Source of the DNA: an uncultured Planctomycetia bacterium
GTDB taxonomy: Bacteria > Omnitrophota > Gorgyraeia > 2-02-FULL-51-18
Assembly: GCA_964606485.1 (NCBI GenBank)
Contig: CAZSGP010000003.1
Location: 270,479-334,478, forward strand
Direction: 5' to 3'
DNA length: 64,000 nt
Shown here: one piece after another, positions 53,443 through 62,774 of the stretch
Layout of the letters: each line of letters begins with the position of its first letter
How positions within the stretch are numbered: position 1 is the stretch's first letter
Notes under the pieces: model-generated
The model's database searches: none
Seen by the model: only the letters and a program-made list of their open reading frames with translations
Told to the model about the DNA's origin: nothing
Position numbers and translations under genes: made by a program

Positions 53443-54413
53443 TCCATCACCACAGCACCCCAAACAAGCCCGCTTCCGAAAGTTGCCATAAGCACTTTGT
53501 CGCCCTTCTTAATTTTTTGTGTCTCCACCGCTTCGCATAGCGCGATCGGACAAGACGCGGCTGAAGTATTACCATATTTTTGTAGATTCACAAACACTTT
53601 TTCTTTTGGAAAGTCCAGCCGCTCGGCAATCGCGTCGATAATTCTTTGATTGGCTTGGTGTGGAATCAAGCACGCCACCTCTTCCTTGGAAACCTTTGCC
53701 TGAAGAAGTGCTTTTTCGATGGCGTCACTCATCCCTCGAACTGCGAGTTTAAAAACCTCTGAGCCGCTCATCTGCAAATAATGCCCTTTTTCGGAAAGGG
53801 TTTGGCTCGACGCCGGAAATTTTGATCCGCCTGCACAAATTTTTAAGAGCTCCGCGTATTGGCCGTCGGACCCAAGAACGCTCGATAAAATTCCGCCGCT
53901 TGTCACAGGACCTAGCACCGCCGCCCCAGCTCCATCCCCAAACAACACGCAGGTCGAGCGATCCGTCCAGTCAATGTAAGATGAAATAAGGTCCGCGCCA
54001 ATCAAAAGAATATTTTTGTAAAGACCGCTGCGCACAAAGCCGTCCACCGTCACAAGCCCGTAAACAAACCCTGCACAAGCTGCGCCGAGGTCAAACGCCG
54101 CCGCGTTCTTAGCGCCAATCTTTGCTTGAACAAAACAAGCTGTCGATGGAAGTGGCATATCAGACGTTGTAGTTGCACAGACAATAAGATCCAAATCTTC
54201 GGCTTTTAAGTTTGCATTTTGGAGTGCTAGTAGAGATGCTTTGGCTGCCAAATCACTGACACCGGTTCCCTTTTCCGCAATACGCCTCTCAGAAATTCCC
54301 GTACGCGTGCGAATCCACTCGTCAGTGGTCTCGACCATTTTGGTCAGATCGTGATTTGTGAGTTTTTTTTCGGGAACGTAAAACCCGATTCCTTTAATTC
54401 CCGTTCTCATCAT
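53436..54413 (-). CDS. fabH: Beta-ketoacyl-ACP synthase III
   Basis: KGIGFYVPEKKLTNHDL N-terminus and the active-site Cys region (AFDLGAACAGFVYG); 325 aa. Confidence 0.85.
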   Translation of the reverse strand: MMRTGIKGIGFYVPEKKLTNHDLTKMVETTDEWIRTRTGISERRIAEKGTGVSDLAAKASLLALQNANLKAEDLDLIVCATTTSDMPLPSTACFVQAKIGAKNAAAFDLGAACAGFVYGLVTVDGFVRSGLYKNILLIGADLISSYIDWTDRSTCVLFGDGAGAAVLGPVTSGGILSSVLGSDGQYAELLKICAGGSKFPASSQTLSEKGHYLQMSGSEVFKLAVRGMSDAIEKALLQAKVSKEEVACLIPHQANQRIIDAIAERLDFPKEKVFVNLQKYGNTSAASCPIALCEAVETQKIKKGDKVLMATFGSGLVWGAVVMEW

Positions 54414-55424
54414 TTATTCTGCTTCGGAGGATTCTTTGGAAGCGCGAAGGGCTTCGACAATGTGGTTGTTGATTTCGTATTTTACAAATTCAGACGCAAC
54501 TCGAATTGCATTTTTAATAGCGCGCGCGTTTGACGATCCGTGAGTGATAATACAGGTGCCGTCGATTCCAAGAAGTGGCGCGCCACCCTGCTCAGAATAA
54601 TCGATTTCTTTTTTAAGCGCGTTGAATGCGGGCTTGGCGATAATTGCGCCAAGCATGGTGATCCAGCTTTCTTTTAATTTTTGCTTCAGCAATTTACCGA
54701 TCACATCGGCGATGGATTCGGAAACTTTTAAAACCACATTTCCGACAAACCCGTCACAAACGACAATATCCACGCGGCCGTTAAAAATATCGCGGCCTTC
54801 GACATTGCCAATAAAATGAAGCTTGCTCTTATTTAAGAGCTGGTGAGCTTCTTTAATATTCTCGGTGCCCTTGGACTCTTCTTCGCCGATGTTGAGAATT
54901 CCAACCGAAGGCCGGTTCTTGCGGAGAATGTAGCGAAAATACACATCACCCATGATGGCGTACTGCACGAGATTCATGGGCTTGGTGTGAATATTGGCAC
55001 CCACATCTATGAGAAACGACGGAGTCCCGAGCGTCGGAAAAACAATTCCGATTCCAGGCCGATCGATTCCTTCGAGCAGTCTCAGTTTGAGCGTGCAAGC
55101 CGCGACGGCCGCTCCGGTGTGACCTGCCGTGACAATCGCATCCGCCTGACCCTCTTTAACAAGATCCGCGCAAATAGACACAGACGCATCCTTTTTCTTA
55201 CGGATGGCATTTGCGGCGGACTCGTCCATGCGAACAAAACTTCCCGCGTGATGAATGGAAATATTGCTCGAAACCGGCCCGTGCTTTTCAAGCTCGGACC
55301 GAAGCAGCGTTTGATCGCCGACTAAGATGATTTTACAACCATATTCCTTGGCTGCTAAAACCGCTCCGGCAACAATTTCCTGCGGGGCGTTGTCGCCCCC
55401 CATTCCATCGACGGCGATGCGCAA
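54414..55424 (-). CDS. plsX: Phosphate:acyl-ACP acyltransferase
   Basis: RIAVDGMGGDNAP N-terminal motif. The likely start is a TTG at 55424 (M-RIAVDGMGGD), just downstream of the rpmF stop; the longest ORF extends to 55505 and would overlap rpmF by 76 nt. Confidence 0.8.
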   Translation of the reverse strand: MRIAVDGMGGDNAPQEIVAGAVLAAKEYGCKIILVGDQTLLRSELEKHGPVSSNISIHHAGSFVRMDESAANAIRKKKDASVSICADLVKEGQADAIVTAGHTGAAVAACTLKLRLLEGIDRPGIGIVFPTLGTPSFLIDVGANIHTKPMNLVQYAIMGDVYFRYILRKNRPSVGILNIGEEESKGTENIKEAHQLLNKSKLHFIGNVEGRDIFNGRVDIVVCDGFVGNVVLKVSESIADVIGKLLKQKLKESWITMLGAIIAKPAFNALKKEIDYSEQGGAPLLGIDGTCIITHGSSNARAIKNAIRVASEFVKYEINNHIVEALRASKESSEAE

Positions 55425-55429
55425 TTCTA

Positions 55430-55648
55430 TTAAGCCTTCTTCTTCTTTTCTTTGGTCTTTATCTGAATAACGGGACGGCCTTTGTAATAGCCGCACTTGG
55501 GGCAAACCCGGTGAGGCGCGTGAGGCACGCAGTTATCCGCACCTAGTGGGCAATGCGGATCCTTGGACGTTCCCATAGCCGTCATCACATCATGTGTGCG
55601 GCGCTTGCGCGTACGGGTATTTGAATGTCTTCGTTTTGGATTAGGCAC
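55430..55648 (-). CDS. rpmF: 50S ribosomal protein L32
   Basis: MPNPKRRHSNTRTRKRRTHD N-terminus characteristic of bL32, with a C-terminal CxxC..CxxC zinc-ribbon; 72 aa. Confidence 0.85.
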   Translation of the reverse strand: MPNPKRRHSNTRTRKRRTHDVMTAMGTSKDPHCPLGADNCVPHAPHRVCPKCGYYKGRPVIQIKTKEKKKKA

Positions 55649-56065
55649 TTATTCCTCCTGTTTACAATCACACTTTTCGTTGTTGAGATTGGCGCCGCAG
55701 AACGGGCACAACCCCCGGCAGTCCGGCCGGCATAAAATCCGGATCGGATGCTCCATGATCAATTCGTCGCGAACGTCCGAATCAATCGTGACAGATTCCA
55801 AACCCTTGATATCATAATGAAGGGTAAAGTCTTTTTCAAATACATTATTGAAGTTTTCGAGGCAGAGTGAACACTCCAACTCCTTCTCACCTTCTAAATG
55901 CACTTGCACCGTCAAATCCTTGTCAATCTTCCAAACTTCGGCCCGCAAATAAAGACTGCTCGGAAAATGCATCACCCCGATATCTAAATCCATATCTTCG
56001 GGGATAATTTCTTCCTCAAGCACTAAACTTTTGTCTTCGCGGAGCTGATTAAGAAAAATTTTCAT
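55649..56065 (-). CDS. yceD: YceD/DUF177 family protein
   Basis: 138 aa with the C-terminal Cys cluster CRPDCRGLCPFCGANLNNEKCDC typical of DUF177. Conserved position upstream of rpmF-plsX. Confidence 0.75.
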   Translation of the reverse strand: MKIFLNQLREDKSLVLEEEIIPEDMDLDIGVMHFPSSLYLRAEVWKIDKDLTVQVHLEGEKELECSLCLENFNNVFEKDFTLHYDIKGLESVTIDSDVRDELIMEHPIRILCRPDCRGLCPFCGANLNNEKCDCKQEE

Positions 56066-56549
56066 ATTTCTTCATTAAAGCTTTCACCACAAAATCAGGC
56101 GCGAAGGAACGGATATCTCCTTTCAACGAAGCAAGCTCCTTGATGAGCCGGCTTGAAAGATACGCGTACGCTTCGTGCGGCATTAAAAAAATAGTCTCAA
56201 TGTCTCCGGCTAATTTCCGGTTCGTGAGCGCCATTTGAAATTCGTATTCAAAATCGGAAATCATGCGCACTCCGCGAATCATGGAATGCGCCTTTTTCTT
56301 GCGCGCAAAGTCTACCACAAGTCCATCAAAAGATTCGACTCTCACGCCTTTTAAGCCTTTTACGGATTTCTTAAGCAGATCAACACGCTCTTCTAACGTA
56401 AAAAGCGGTTCCTTGCCGGCGCCCTGGGGCGCTACCGCCACAATCACCTCGTCAAACACGCGAAGCGCTCGTTTGATGAGATCGATGTGTCCGTTGGTTA
56501 CCGGATCGAACGTCCCGGGATAAATTCCAATTTTGGTCGATTTCGTCAT
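56049..56549 (-). CDS. coaD: Phosphopantetheine adenylyltransferase
   Basis: IGIYPGTFDPVTNGHIDLI (T/HxGH nucleotidyltransferase motif) and a 166-aa length. Confidence 0.85.
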   Translation of the reverse strand: MTKSTKIGIYPGTFDPVTNGHIDLIKRALRVFDEVIVAVAPQGAGKEPLFTLEERVDLLKKSVKGLKGVRVESFDGLVVDFARKKKAHSMIRGVRMISDFEYEFQMALTNRKLAGDIETIFLMPHEAYAYLSSRLIKELASLKGDIRSFAPDFVVKALMKKYENFS

Positions 56550-56588
56550 AAGGCGTGATTATAATCGATATGTTATACTGCGACAACA

Positions 56589-59150
56589 ATGAAATCACGT
56601 AAACGAACTCATTTTAAATTGTTTCTTTTTACGGGCTTTCTCCTCAGTTTATTGGCAGCCTACCTGGAGTTTGGCCTCTTGCCCGGAGACCTCAAAGCTT
56701 ACGCCATCCAAAAAATAGAGCCCGCAATCCAGCGCAAAGTCCGTTTTCGAAAAGTTCTCTATGTGCCCTTTCAAGGGCTATCCTTCTACGGACTCAAGGT
56801 CTACAAGCTCACCGGCGAACCCATTTTCGCAGCAAAACGTTTCTCGGTGCGCGTCGATCTTCTGGAATTTCTTAAAACAAAAAAATTTATCATTCGCCGC
56901 ATTCTGATTGATTCGTTCCGCTTCGACGTCATTCTTGAGCCGGAGGCCGACGCTAAAAAAGAAGCCCCGCCCGTCACCAAGCTTACGGGTCAAATCAATG
57001 TTCCAACGATTCCAGAAAACAAAAAAATCGACGCCGAACATCTAGCCGATGCCCCGGAACTTTTTTTACCAGAAAACGTATTTCTAGAAGAAATTGAAAT
57101 CAGTAACGGAACGGTGATCTTTAAAAAGACAAAAGACGGCCCTGGACTCGAAACAGCGCATTCCATTGATTTGCACGTTCGCTTTCAGAAACCGCCTCTT
57201 TTAGAAATATCGGGTTCGTTTCGCTTAGGTAAAAATTCTTACGCTTATCTTGGGGTAGATGGGCACTGGAATCTTCAAAGCGAAGATTATGAATTTAATC
57301 TCAAAACAAAGTGCGACACGATCCCCCTTTGGCTTCTGAGTTACCAAGAAGGGCATTTCCTCCGTCTTGAACAAGGAAAACTCACGATCACAAGCCACCT
57401 GAAGAGTCTCGGAGAAAGCCGCGTGCGGTTCGAATCCAAATGCAGTCTCGTTGACTCGCTTGTCGCCGTTAAGCAAACCAATTTTAGCGGGCGGATGAAT
57501 GTTGCAACGGATGGCATTTTTGATTGGGGCGATAAAAAATTCGAGACCTACAAAGGAACACTGCAACTAGAAGACGTCTTGGTTGATCATTTGTCCGAGA
57601 AAATTGAATCGCTGGAGCATTTGAGTGGAACTGTTCGGTTTGAGCCTGATCTTTTAGATGTCCAATCCCTGAAAGGCAAATACAAAGACATTGGCTTTAA
57701 TGCCGTAGGAAAACTCGAGTCCTTCAAAGAGCTGCGACTCTCCGGCGTGATTGAGTCGCACTTATCCGCGCAAAATATTCTCTCGCTACTTCCGCCCGAG
57801 CAGAAACAAAAAATAGCCGGATGGGACATTAGTGGTGACGCCCAGGCACTCACTCACCTTGAAGGAACACTGCTTGATGCTAAAAATATCCGTTCCTCTC
57901 ACGCCGTGCAACTCACAAACGGACTTGTGAAAGATAAAACCGGAAAAGAAATTTTAAAAGATGTTTCGCTCGAGCTTTCGGAAAACGAAAGCGCTTATCA
58001 GATCAAAAATGCTCACTTTACTTTTTCGGGCGCTGAGTACGCCTTGACGCTTGAGCATCCCAAAAACGCGGATCAGCGAGGGAAAATTTCACTCCGCTCA
58101 AAGGAATTAGACCTGGAGTCTTATTACATGCTCGCAGGCCAAAAAATCTCATTTGATAGGACTCAACTTAATTATTCCGGTATTCATCTTGAACCGAAAG
58201 GCACGCTCGAAAACTTTGCAAACCCTCGGCTCGACCTGCAAGGCCCCTTTCAAGCAAATCTCGAAACCGTCAGCTTAAAATTTGCTGACAAAAACGCCGC
58301 TCTTAAGACGTGCTCACCCAAAGGGCTGCTTTCCGGCTACTTTTCTCTAAAGGGCTTGTGGAATGATTTTAAGAACTGGGACTTTCAGGCGGACTGCTCA
58401 AGCCCATTTCTCACCCTTCAAAAATTCAAACTCTCTAATTTGGAATTTCAAATCCGGATGAACAATCAAATTCTCAATATCCCCTATCTGCGCTCAACGG
58501 CTTACCAGGGAATGTTGACGGGATCAGGGCTCTTCAATCTTTCTCGCCCCAAAACGTCGTTTGACGCAAGAGCGTATTTAACTCAAATGAATTTAGCGCC
58601 GCTCGGAGCGGATCTTGAATTAAAAAATAAGGATTTTTCCGGTACCGGCAACGCCCAGCTTTTTTTAAATGGCACACTTTCGGAGCCGCAAACATTTACG
58701 GGCCAAGGCTTTTTGGATGTTAAAAATGGAAATCTCTTTCAAAGCGATCTTTTTAAAAAAATGGGCCAGCTGCCGTTTGTGCGCGTGCAAGGACTCGACA
58801 TGGTCACGTTTCGAAATTTAGGAGCCAACTTTACGATTCACGATCAGAAAATATGGACCTCGGATCTTTTTATTCACGGCGAGACGGTGCACTTAAATCT
58901 AGACGGGTCGATCGGATTTGATCAGAAGCTTGATCTCTTGATGGACATTCATTTCTCGAATGAAGTTATTGCCGGCGCACAGGCTACCGGCGGACTGGTG
59001 CCGTTTGTGGTGCAGGAAGCGGAAGATTTTATTTCGCAGTATAAAGTCGTCGGAACACTCAAAGAACCTAAGTACGAAAAACAAACACTTCCCACCGGAA
59101 AAATTCTTGGGAAAAAATTAAGCGGATTTCTGCAGAATCTAACGCGCTAA
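56589..59150 (+). CDS. AsmA-family protein (large periplasmic/outer-membrane biogenesis protein with N-terminal membrane anchor)
   Basis: 853 aa with an N-terminal hydrophobic anchor (LFLFTGFLLSLLAAYL), followed by a long beta-rich soluble region with an AsmA-like C-terminal segment. Confidence 0.5.
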   Translation: MKSRKRTHFKLFLFTGFLLSLLAAYLEFGLLPGDLKAYAIQKIEPAIQRKVRFRKVLYVPFQGLSFYGLKVYKLTGEPIFAAKRFSVRVDLLEFLKTKKFIIRRILIDSFRFDVILEPEADAKKEAPPVTKLTGQINVPTIPENKKIDAEHLADAPELFLPENVFLEEIEISNGTVIFKKTKDGPGLETAHSIDLHVRFQKPPLLEISGSFRLGKNSYAYLGVDGHWNLQSEDYEFNLKTKCDTIPLWLLSYQEGHFLRLEQGKLTITSHLKSLGESRVRFESKCSLVDSLVAVKQTNFSGRMNVATDGIFDWGDKKFETYKGTLQLEDVLVDHLSEKIESLEHLSGTVRFEPDLLDVQSLKGKYKDIGFNAVGKLESFKELRLSGVIESHLSAQNILSLLPPEQKQKIAGWDISGDAQALTHLEGTLLDAKNIRSSHAVQLTNGLVKDKTGKEILKDVSLELSENESAYQIKNAHFTFSGAEYALTLEHPKNADQRGKISLRSKELDLESYYMLAGQKISFDRTQLNYSGIHLEPKGTLENFANPRLDLQGPFQANLETVSLKFADKNAALKTCSPKGLLSGYFSLKGLWNDFKNWDFQADCSSPFLTLQKFKLSNLEFQIRMNNQILNIPYLRSTAYQGMLTGSGLFNLSRPKTSFDARAYLTQMNLAPLGADLELKNKDFSGTGNAQLFLNGTLSEPQTFTGQGFLDVKNGNLFQSDLFKKMGQLPFVRVQGLDMVTFRNLGANFTIHDQKIWTSDLFIHGETVHLNLDGSIGFDQKLDLLMDIHFSNEVIAGAQATGGLVPFVVQEAEDFISQYKVVGTLKEPKYEKQTLPTGKILGKKLSGFLQNLTR

Positions 59151-59726
59151 AAACTTCTTCGATTTATCAAGCGCTCTGCCCCGATGGCTGATTTTATTTT
59201 TTTCAGCCGGATCGAGTTCGGCGTAGGTCTTTGTGAATCCATCAGGGATAAAGATCGGGTCATATCCAAATCCATTCTTACCGCGAACCTCGTGCGCAAT
59301 TTTGCCGCGGCACTCTCCCCGCACCGATTTTATAAATTTTCCATTATCGTAAAGAGCGATCACGCAAACGAATTTGGCATTGCGCTTAGAATCCGGCTTT
59401 CCCTTGAGGAGTTTGAGGAGTTTTTTATTATTGTCCGCGTAAGAGCAGCCCACTCCTGCAAAACGCGCAGAATAAACACCCGGACGGCCGTTAAGAGCGT
59501 TCACCATCAACCCCGAATCATCCGCCAAAACGAGCGATTTTGTGTGTTTTGAGTAAAACCGCGCTTTCAGCTTGGCGTTCGCAATAAATGTCTTGCCGGT
59601 TTCTTCTACGTCTTTGCAGGGCGGGAAATAATTGAGTGAGCGAACCTGAAACGGCAGTCCTTTTAAAACGCGGGCGATCTCGGCGGCTTTGTCTTTATTT
59701 TTACTCGCGATAACAAGAGTCTTCAT
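59139..59726 (-). CDS. rdgB: Non-canonical purine NTP pyrophosphatase (RdgB/Ham1 family)
   Basis: LVIASKNKDKAAE N-terminus, the FGYDPIF motif and a 195-aa length. Confidence 0.8.
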   Translation of the reverse strand: MKTLVIASKNKDKAAEIARVLKGLPFQVRSLNYFPPCKDVEETGKTFIANAKLKARFYSKHTKSLVLADDSGLMVNALNGRPGVYSARFAGVGCSYADNNKKLLKLLKGKPDSKRNAKFVCVIALYDNGKFIKSVRGECRGKIAHEVRGKNGFGYDPIFIPDGFTKTYAELDPAEKNKISHRGRALDKSKKFLAR

Positions 59727-59771
59727 GACGAGCTAGTATACGAAACGGCGAGCCGCTCAACAATAAAAGTT

Positions 59772-61637
59772 TTAAAAATCCGATAAATCTCTTGGTGGGA
59801 ACGCGGCCCGAAGAGCGTTTAAGACGGCGAGCAAATCGATCACTTCCTGGGTAATCGCTCCTAAAACAGGCGTCAAATGACCACTCGCTGCTAAAATCAT
59901 TCCGATCACGCTGAGCGCCATACCACCCACCGCACTCTGTAGTGCTATGGACCGCATGCGGCGACCAATGTGAATAAGTTCATCCACCTTCGTGAGTGAG
60001 CTATCCATAATCACCGCTCCGGCGGCCTGGCTTGTGATATCACTGTTTCTGCCGATAGCAACTCCCACCGTTGCAGCCATCAGCGCCGGCGCGTCATTGA
60101 TACCATCCCCAACATAAAGAGTTCGGGCAAGCCGTGTTTCTTCTTTCACAATCACTAATTTTTCTTCGGGGCTTTTTTCAGCAAAAATTTCAGTGATCCC
60201 TACTTTATCGGCCAAATACCGCACCTCGGACTCCCGGTCACCCGAAACGATGATGCTCCGGTGCAGCTGATGTCTTGGGCTTAAGTGTTTGATAAATGGT
60301 TGGCTTTCTGTCCGCGGAGAATCACGAAATCGAAAAGTTGCCGCATATGCGGCGCCCACAAACACAACCGCTTCAAGACCTTCTTTGGTAGGCGGTAGCG
60401 CGTCTAATCCGGTAAAATTTTTTTGTGAAACAAGATTGCGTCCGGTAATTTGAATCACACGTCCCGACACTGCCCCCTTAAGTCCTTCCCCTGGAATTTC
60501 GTGTATCTCGGACGCGTCCGGAATTAATAGCTGTTCTTTTTTTGCAGCAGCCGTGATCGCGCGCGCAAGCGGATGCTTGGAGTATCGCTCAAGCCCCGCG
60601 GCCAGTCCTAAAATCTCATTTTTTTGGGTTCCCGCGGCGCAAATAATTTCTGAAAGCTCCGGCTCTCCGTAAGTCAGCGTACCGGTCTTGTCAAAAATAG
60701 CCGTTTCGCATTTTCCGATTTGTTCCAAAATCGCCGGTTTTTTTATGATAATTCCCCTGCGCGCTGCGAGCGACACGGAACCAATCACCGCAACGGGAAT
60801 TCCAATTAAAAGCGGACAGGGTGTCGCCACAACAAGTACCGCTAAAAATCGAGTCGCATCACCACTGAATATCCACGCAAGAGCCGCGAGCACCAAAGTG
60901 ATCGGCGTATAAATGACTCCGAGTTGATCGCCCAGACGTCTCAGCTCGGGCTTATTTTGCTCGGAGACGCGCATCACCTCCATGATTTTGGCGTATCTGG
61001 AGTCCACAGAAAGTTTAGCGGCGGTAATGGTCAGCGCGGTATTCCCGTTGATGGCGCCGGAGATAACGCTTGCACCAGGTGCTTTATCAATTTCAAAAGG
61101 TTCGCCGGTCAAATAAGCTTCGTTCATCACGCCGTGACCTTCCAGTACCACTCCATCCACCGGACAAATTTCGTGCGGATAAATCAGCAGCGTGTCGCCG
61201 ACCGCGATGTCACTTGCTTTAATTTCTTCAACTTTCAAATTGTTTCGTCGGTGGGCCAGTGACGGCATGCGATTTGCCAGCGCCTTGAGCACGGACGATG
61301 CGCTCTCAACCGCGTACGATTCAAGCGCATTTCCGCCGGCGAGCATCAAAACTACAATCGTTCCGGCTAGATATTCGCCAAGCCATAAAGACGTAAGAAT
61401 GGCGATTCCCGCAAGGAGATCCGCGCCAAAATCTTTTTTTAAAATTTTTTGAAAAATACCAAAAAGAAGTGGGATGCCTCCAAAAAATAATGCCGCTAGA
61501 AGTGGAAAATGGGTTATGCGCGGGTCTTGGCGTAAAACAAATCGGGAGATTAGATAAGCGCAGATAGCAAGAAGCGAAAAAATCGCAATCACGCTGCTCT
61601 TGTGCTTTCGAATGAAGCACAAGAGATTATTCATCAT
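59772..61637 (-). CDS. P1B-type heavy-metal translocating P-type ATPase (minimal form, TPC motif, no N-terminal metal-binding domain)
   Basis: TGEP actuator motif, DKTGTLT phosphorylation site, the P1B HP dipeptide (SKHPLA) and GDGINDAPAL. The TM4 metal motif reads ATPCPLL (TPC instead of CPC). It is 621 aa and has no HMA/CxxC N-terminal domain. Confidence 0.75.
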   Translation of the reverse strand: MMNNLLCFIRKHKSSVIAIFSLLAICAYLISRFVLRQDPRITHFPLLAALFFGGIPLLFGIFQKILKKDFGADLLAGIAILTSLWLGEYLAGTIVVLMLAGGNALESYAVESASSVLKALANRMPSLAHRRNNLKVEEIKASDIAVGDTLLIYPHEICPVDGVVLEGHGVMNEAYLTGEPFEIDKAPGASVISGAINGNTALTITAAKLSVDSRYAKIMEVMRVSEQNKPELRRLGDQLGVIYTPITLVLAALAWIFSGDATRFLAVLVVATPCPLLIGIPVAVIGSVSLAARRGIIIKKPAILEQIGKCETAIFDKTGTLTYGEPELSEIICAAGTQKNEILGLAAGLERYSKHPLARAITAAAKKEQLLIPDASEIHEIPGEGLKGAVSGRVIQITGRNLVSQKNFTGLDALPPTKEGLEAVVFVGAAYAATFRFRDSPRTESQPFIKHLSPRHQLHRSIIVSGDRESEVRYLADKVGITEIFAEKSPEEKLVIVKEETRLARTLYVGDGINDAPALMAATVGVAIGRNSDITSQAAGAVIMDSSLTKVDELIHIGRRMRSIALQSAVGGMALSVIGMILAASGHLTPVLGAITQEVIDLLAVLNALRAAFPPRDLSDF

Positions 61638-61647
61638 GATTTAAAAA

Positions 61648-62715
61648 TCACAGAACCTTAACGTGCTTCATGGCTTGACGTATGCGGCCCAGGCCTTCTT
61701 CAATCTGCTTGATATTCAGCGCATAGCTTAAGCGAATACGGTCCGGCGCTCCAAACCATGCGCCAAGATACGTGATCACTTTGTATTCCTGAAAGAGCAC
61801 GCTTAAGAATTTTTGAGGATTCTTGCATTTTGGAAGCACGTAGAACGCACCCTCCGGTTTCCAGAGATCAAAACCAAGATCAAGCAAACCTTTATAAATA
61901 TAATCGCGCCGCTCGCGCCAGATATTCCGCTGGTCATGAATGTAGGATTTGGGTGCTTTCATAGCCGCTAAGGCCATGTCTTGTGCGATCAAACTCGTGT
62001 TCATCGACGTGTGCGTTTTCATTTCGCACACGGCCTCGACAATTTTTTTATCCGCACACCACAAATACCCAACGCGCACGCCGCACATGCAGTAAGTCTT
62101 CGAAAAAGAATTGATCGTAATGACATGATCGCCCTTGATGTGATAATTTTCACGTTCGTAAATCAAATCTTTGTAAACTTCGTCGGAAACGACGTGAACA
62201 CCGAGTTTATGCGTCACCTTTTCGATCATCTTAAGCGTCTCAATCGACTCCACGCGCCCGGTGGGGTTTGACGGAGAGTTAATTAAAACGGCGCGGCACC
62301 CGCGGATTTTTTTCTTAAAGTCATCCACGTCAATTCGCCCATCCACAAGATCCGTAAAAACAGGAACCATTCCCGCCATTTCAATAATCGGCAAGTAAGA
62401 ATAGTAATAGGGCCTCGGTAAAAGCACTTTCTGACCCTTGCCCCATGAGCGAAAGATAAGGTCGAGCGCTTCAGAGGCGCCGTTCGTGATGACAAAATTT
62501 TCGGCGGTTGAACCAGCATATTCGTGCGCCAGTGTTTGTCGGAGCTTGACCTCGCCTTGGATTAACCCATAGCGCAGATCGCCCTTACGGTCGAGCACCT
62601 GAAACGCTTCTTGTGGCGGCGGAAGATCCGGCTGCCCCGAACCAAAACTAATGACACCCGGCCCTTGTTTTCCGATAAAAAAGGCAGGACTTTTTAAATT
62701 GAGTAATTTAGACAT
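61648..62715 (-). CDS. Class I/II pyridoxal-phosphate-dependent aminotransferase
   Basis: NSPSNPTG and SFSKTY..GVRVGY (PLP-Lys region) motifs; 355 aa. Confidence 0.75.
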   Translation of the reverse strand: MSKLLNLKSPAFFIGKQGPGVISFGSGQPDLPPPQEAFQVLDRKGDLRYGLIQGEVKLRQTLAHEYAGSTAENFVITNGASEALDLIFRSWGKGQKVLLPRPYYYSYLPIIEMAGMVPVFTDLVDGRIDVDDFKKKIRGCRAVLINSPSNPTGRVESIETLKMIEKVTHKLGVHVVSDEVYKDLIYERENYHIKGDHVITINSFSKTYCMCGVRVGYLWCADKKIVEAVCEMKTHTSMNTSLIAQDMALAAMKAPKSYIHDQRNIWRERRDYIYKGLLDLGFDLWKPEGAFYVLPKCKNPQKFLSVLFQEYKVITYLGAWFGAPDRIRLSYALNIKQIEEGLGRIRQAMKHVKVL

Positions 62716-62774
62716 CGGATTAGTATACGCAAGGACGGACTTTAGGACAATGAAACTTTAAAGCCCTTGGCCGA

